NCBI GenBank assembly: GCA_047495785.1
Contig: JBLDXI010000064.1
Span: 1 to 64,000, forward strand
Length of the DNA: 64,000 nucleotides
Direction: 5' to 3'
Source of the DNA: Lepidodermella squamata
Lineage: Eukaryota > Animalia > Gastrotricha
Positions 62,542 to 64,000 of this stretch are shown here, piece by piece; positions within the stretch are counted from its first letter, which is position 1; every line of letters begins with the position of its first letter. The notes under the pieces were generated by a model. The model saw only the letters and a list, made by a program, of their open reading frames with translations, had not been told where the DNA came from and made no database searches. The position numbers were made by a program, and so were the translations under genes.

Positions 62542-64000
62542 TTAATTGCCGCCGCGTGTTGACCGGCTGCGCCGACGGCGGGTACCACGAGCGGAACGAC
62601 GGGTTGGACGACTGCCAGCACGGCTTCGGCTACCTCGAGGACGACCAGGCCTCCTTCTTTGCTGCTGCTCAGCTGCGGGGACGAGCTGCTCGTCCGGCTG
62701 TTGGGTCGGCTGCTGCCAAAACTCAGCATTTGGTCGCTCCGGCGACGGCTGGCTGACCAGAGCTGAGGCGACTTTGCTTCGACGGCCGGCTTTTCCGCGG
62801 GTGACAAGCGGGACGGAGTGATATTTGGCCGGTATGCGGCTATGATTAGGTAGATGGTGGGCGAGGGCAACAGCGTGCGGACAAGGTTTGCGACGAACAC
62901 CGTCCTCACAAGTGCAGGTGATGGCTCCAGGGGCAACAGTCAGAAGGAAGACGTGTTCGAGAGCACACGAAAAATGCTCCAGGTCCGGCCAATTACCATC
63001 TCGACGCGCGCAGAGCACAGAATCAGCAATCGTCTTGTCAGCTGGCACCCACAGCCATTTGTCGTCATCGATTTGATCAAAATGATCCATCCGCCATCAC
63101 AGCACGCGGCGAGTAGTCTGGTTTCCAGCTGCGCAACGCACTAAACAAGTCTTTGTACGCCTCCTCGTTCTCGTGTGACGCAAGACCTGTTGTACGTGAA
63201 AGAGATGAAAAATGTGCGTGTTGTACGAGAAAAAGCTATTTTACCGATTATAATAGGATGGAATTTTCGGTCGGCATCAGTCCCGCCAGCCACAAAGACT
63301 TTGTGCTTCCCTATCACCATTTTATGGGCAGCGTCAACCTGGTAACAAAATTGATAAATAAGTCACAACTAAAATATTCTTATTCTACCTGTAAGCATTC
63401 GATGCGATCAAGTTTGGAAAGCAACAATCGATTTGTAACGAAAAGGCTGAAGCGAGCGGGAATTGAGTTCTGTATGTTGTAGCCGAGGACAAAAGGCTGG
63501 TCCAACAAGTGAGGAATCGTGGATCGTTCGAGACACCATTTTTCCAATTCGCGAGTTCCGAAACCGTGGCCAGTAGCCGGTAGCGTTCCCTCCTCCGCCA
63601 TTTTCTTCTTCAAACGAAGTTTCAACTGCGATATTTGCCGTTTTGTGAACTTGCCGAACCCAGCTGCTTGTAACTCACGAACGATGATTTTCGGGGCCAC
63701 TCGCATGCGCACTGCATTTCGGACGAAATCCTTCACTTCGGTCGTAAATGCCGGCTTACTCGCATCTTTCAATACATGACTGTGTTTCAAACAGCCAAGG
63801 AACTCGCTTTCTCCACCAGATCGAAACTTCATTTGAGCGTGTGCCGGGCACGGGAAATACTTCTTATTGCGATTGAGTGAGCAGAAGAAGTAATACGTTT
63901 TTCCTTCCAACGTTGGTCGCGAGGTTCGAACCCACATCTTCTTATCTTCCCTTTTAACAGCAGCCTTGGCTTCGCGGATCGTGCATCGCGGTATCGTGAA
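62542..64000 (-). mobile_element. Mutator-like (MULE) transposase, internally deleted; exons >64000-63389, 63338-63245, 63186-~63077; C-terminal frame 63090-62542
   Basis: N-terminal Zn-binding region (YFFC..CPA..HSH); first Asp in VDAAHK..GTDADRKFHPI; second Asp in VMADG, then a stop; SWIM finger CTC..CPH; AT-hook-like RPGRPRG. Confidence 0.85.

Overview
This is eukaryotic, intron-rich invertebrate DNA (nematode-like; short ~45-65 nt GT-AG introns; the taxon cannot be fixed from sequence alone). (1) Bases 18-6047 are a 2.2-kb near-perfect inverted duplication carrying two convergent copies of a two-exon C2H2 zinc-finger gene, with a third, frameshifted paralogue in the spacer. (2) Bases 6.8-62.1 kb are a same-strand birth-and-death cluster of about 12 genes and fragments. 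They encode secreted proteins made of a signal peptide, 5-6 copies of an unrecognised 4-Cys module and a non-canonical C-type lectin domain. Five copies look intact; seven are splice-defective, truncated or interrupted. (3) The last paralogue is split by an 18.3-kb insertion of two related, non-coding elements with no terminal inverted repeats, arranged head-to-tail as CTGGAT-element1-CTGGAT-element2-CTGGAT. Empty paralogous sites carry a single CTGGAT, which points to repeated, site-precise integration. (4) There are many MITE/foldback elements, a 4-kb segmental duplication, and an internally deleted Mutator-like transposase at the right edge. Exon models and identity estimates were made by eye from paralogue comparison; nothing was run computationally.
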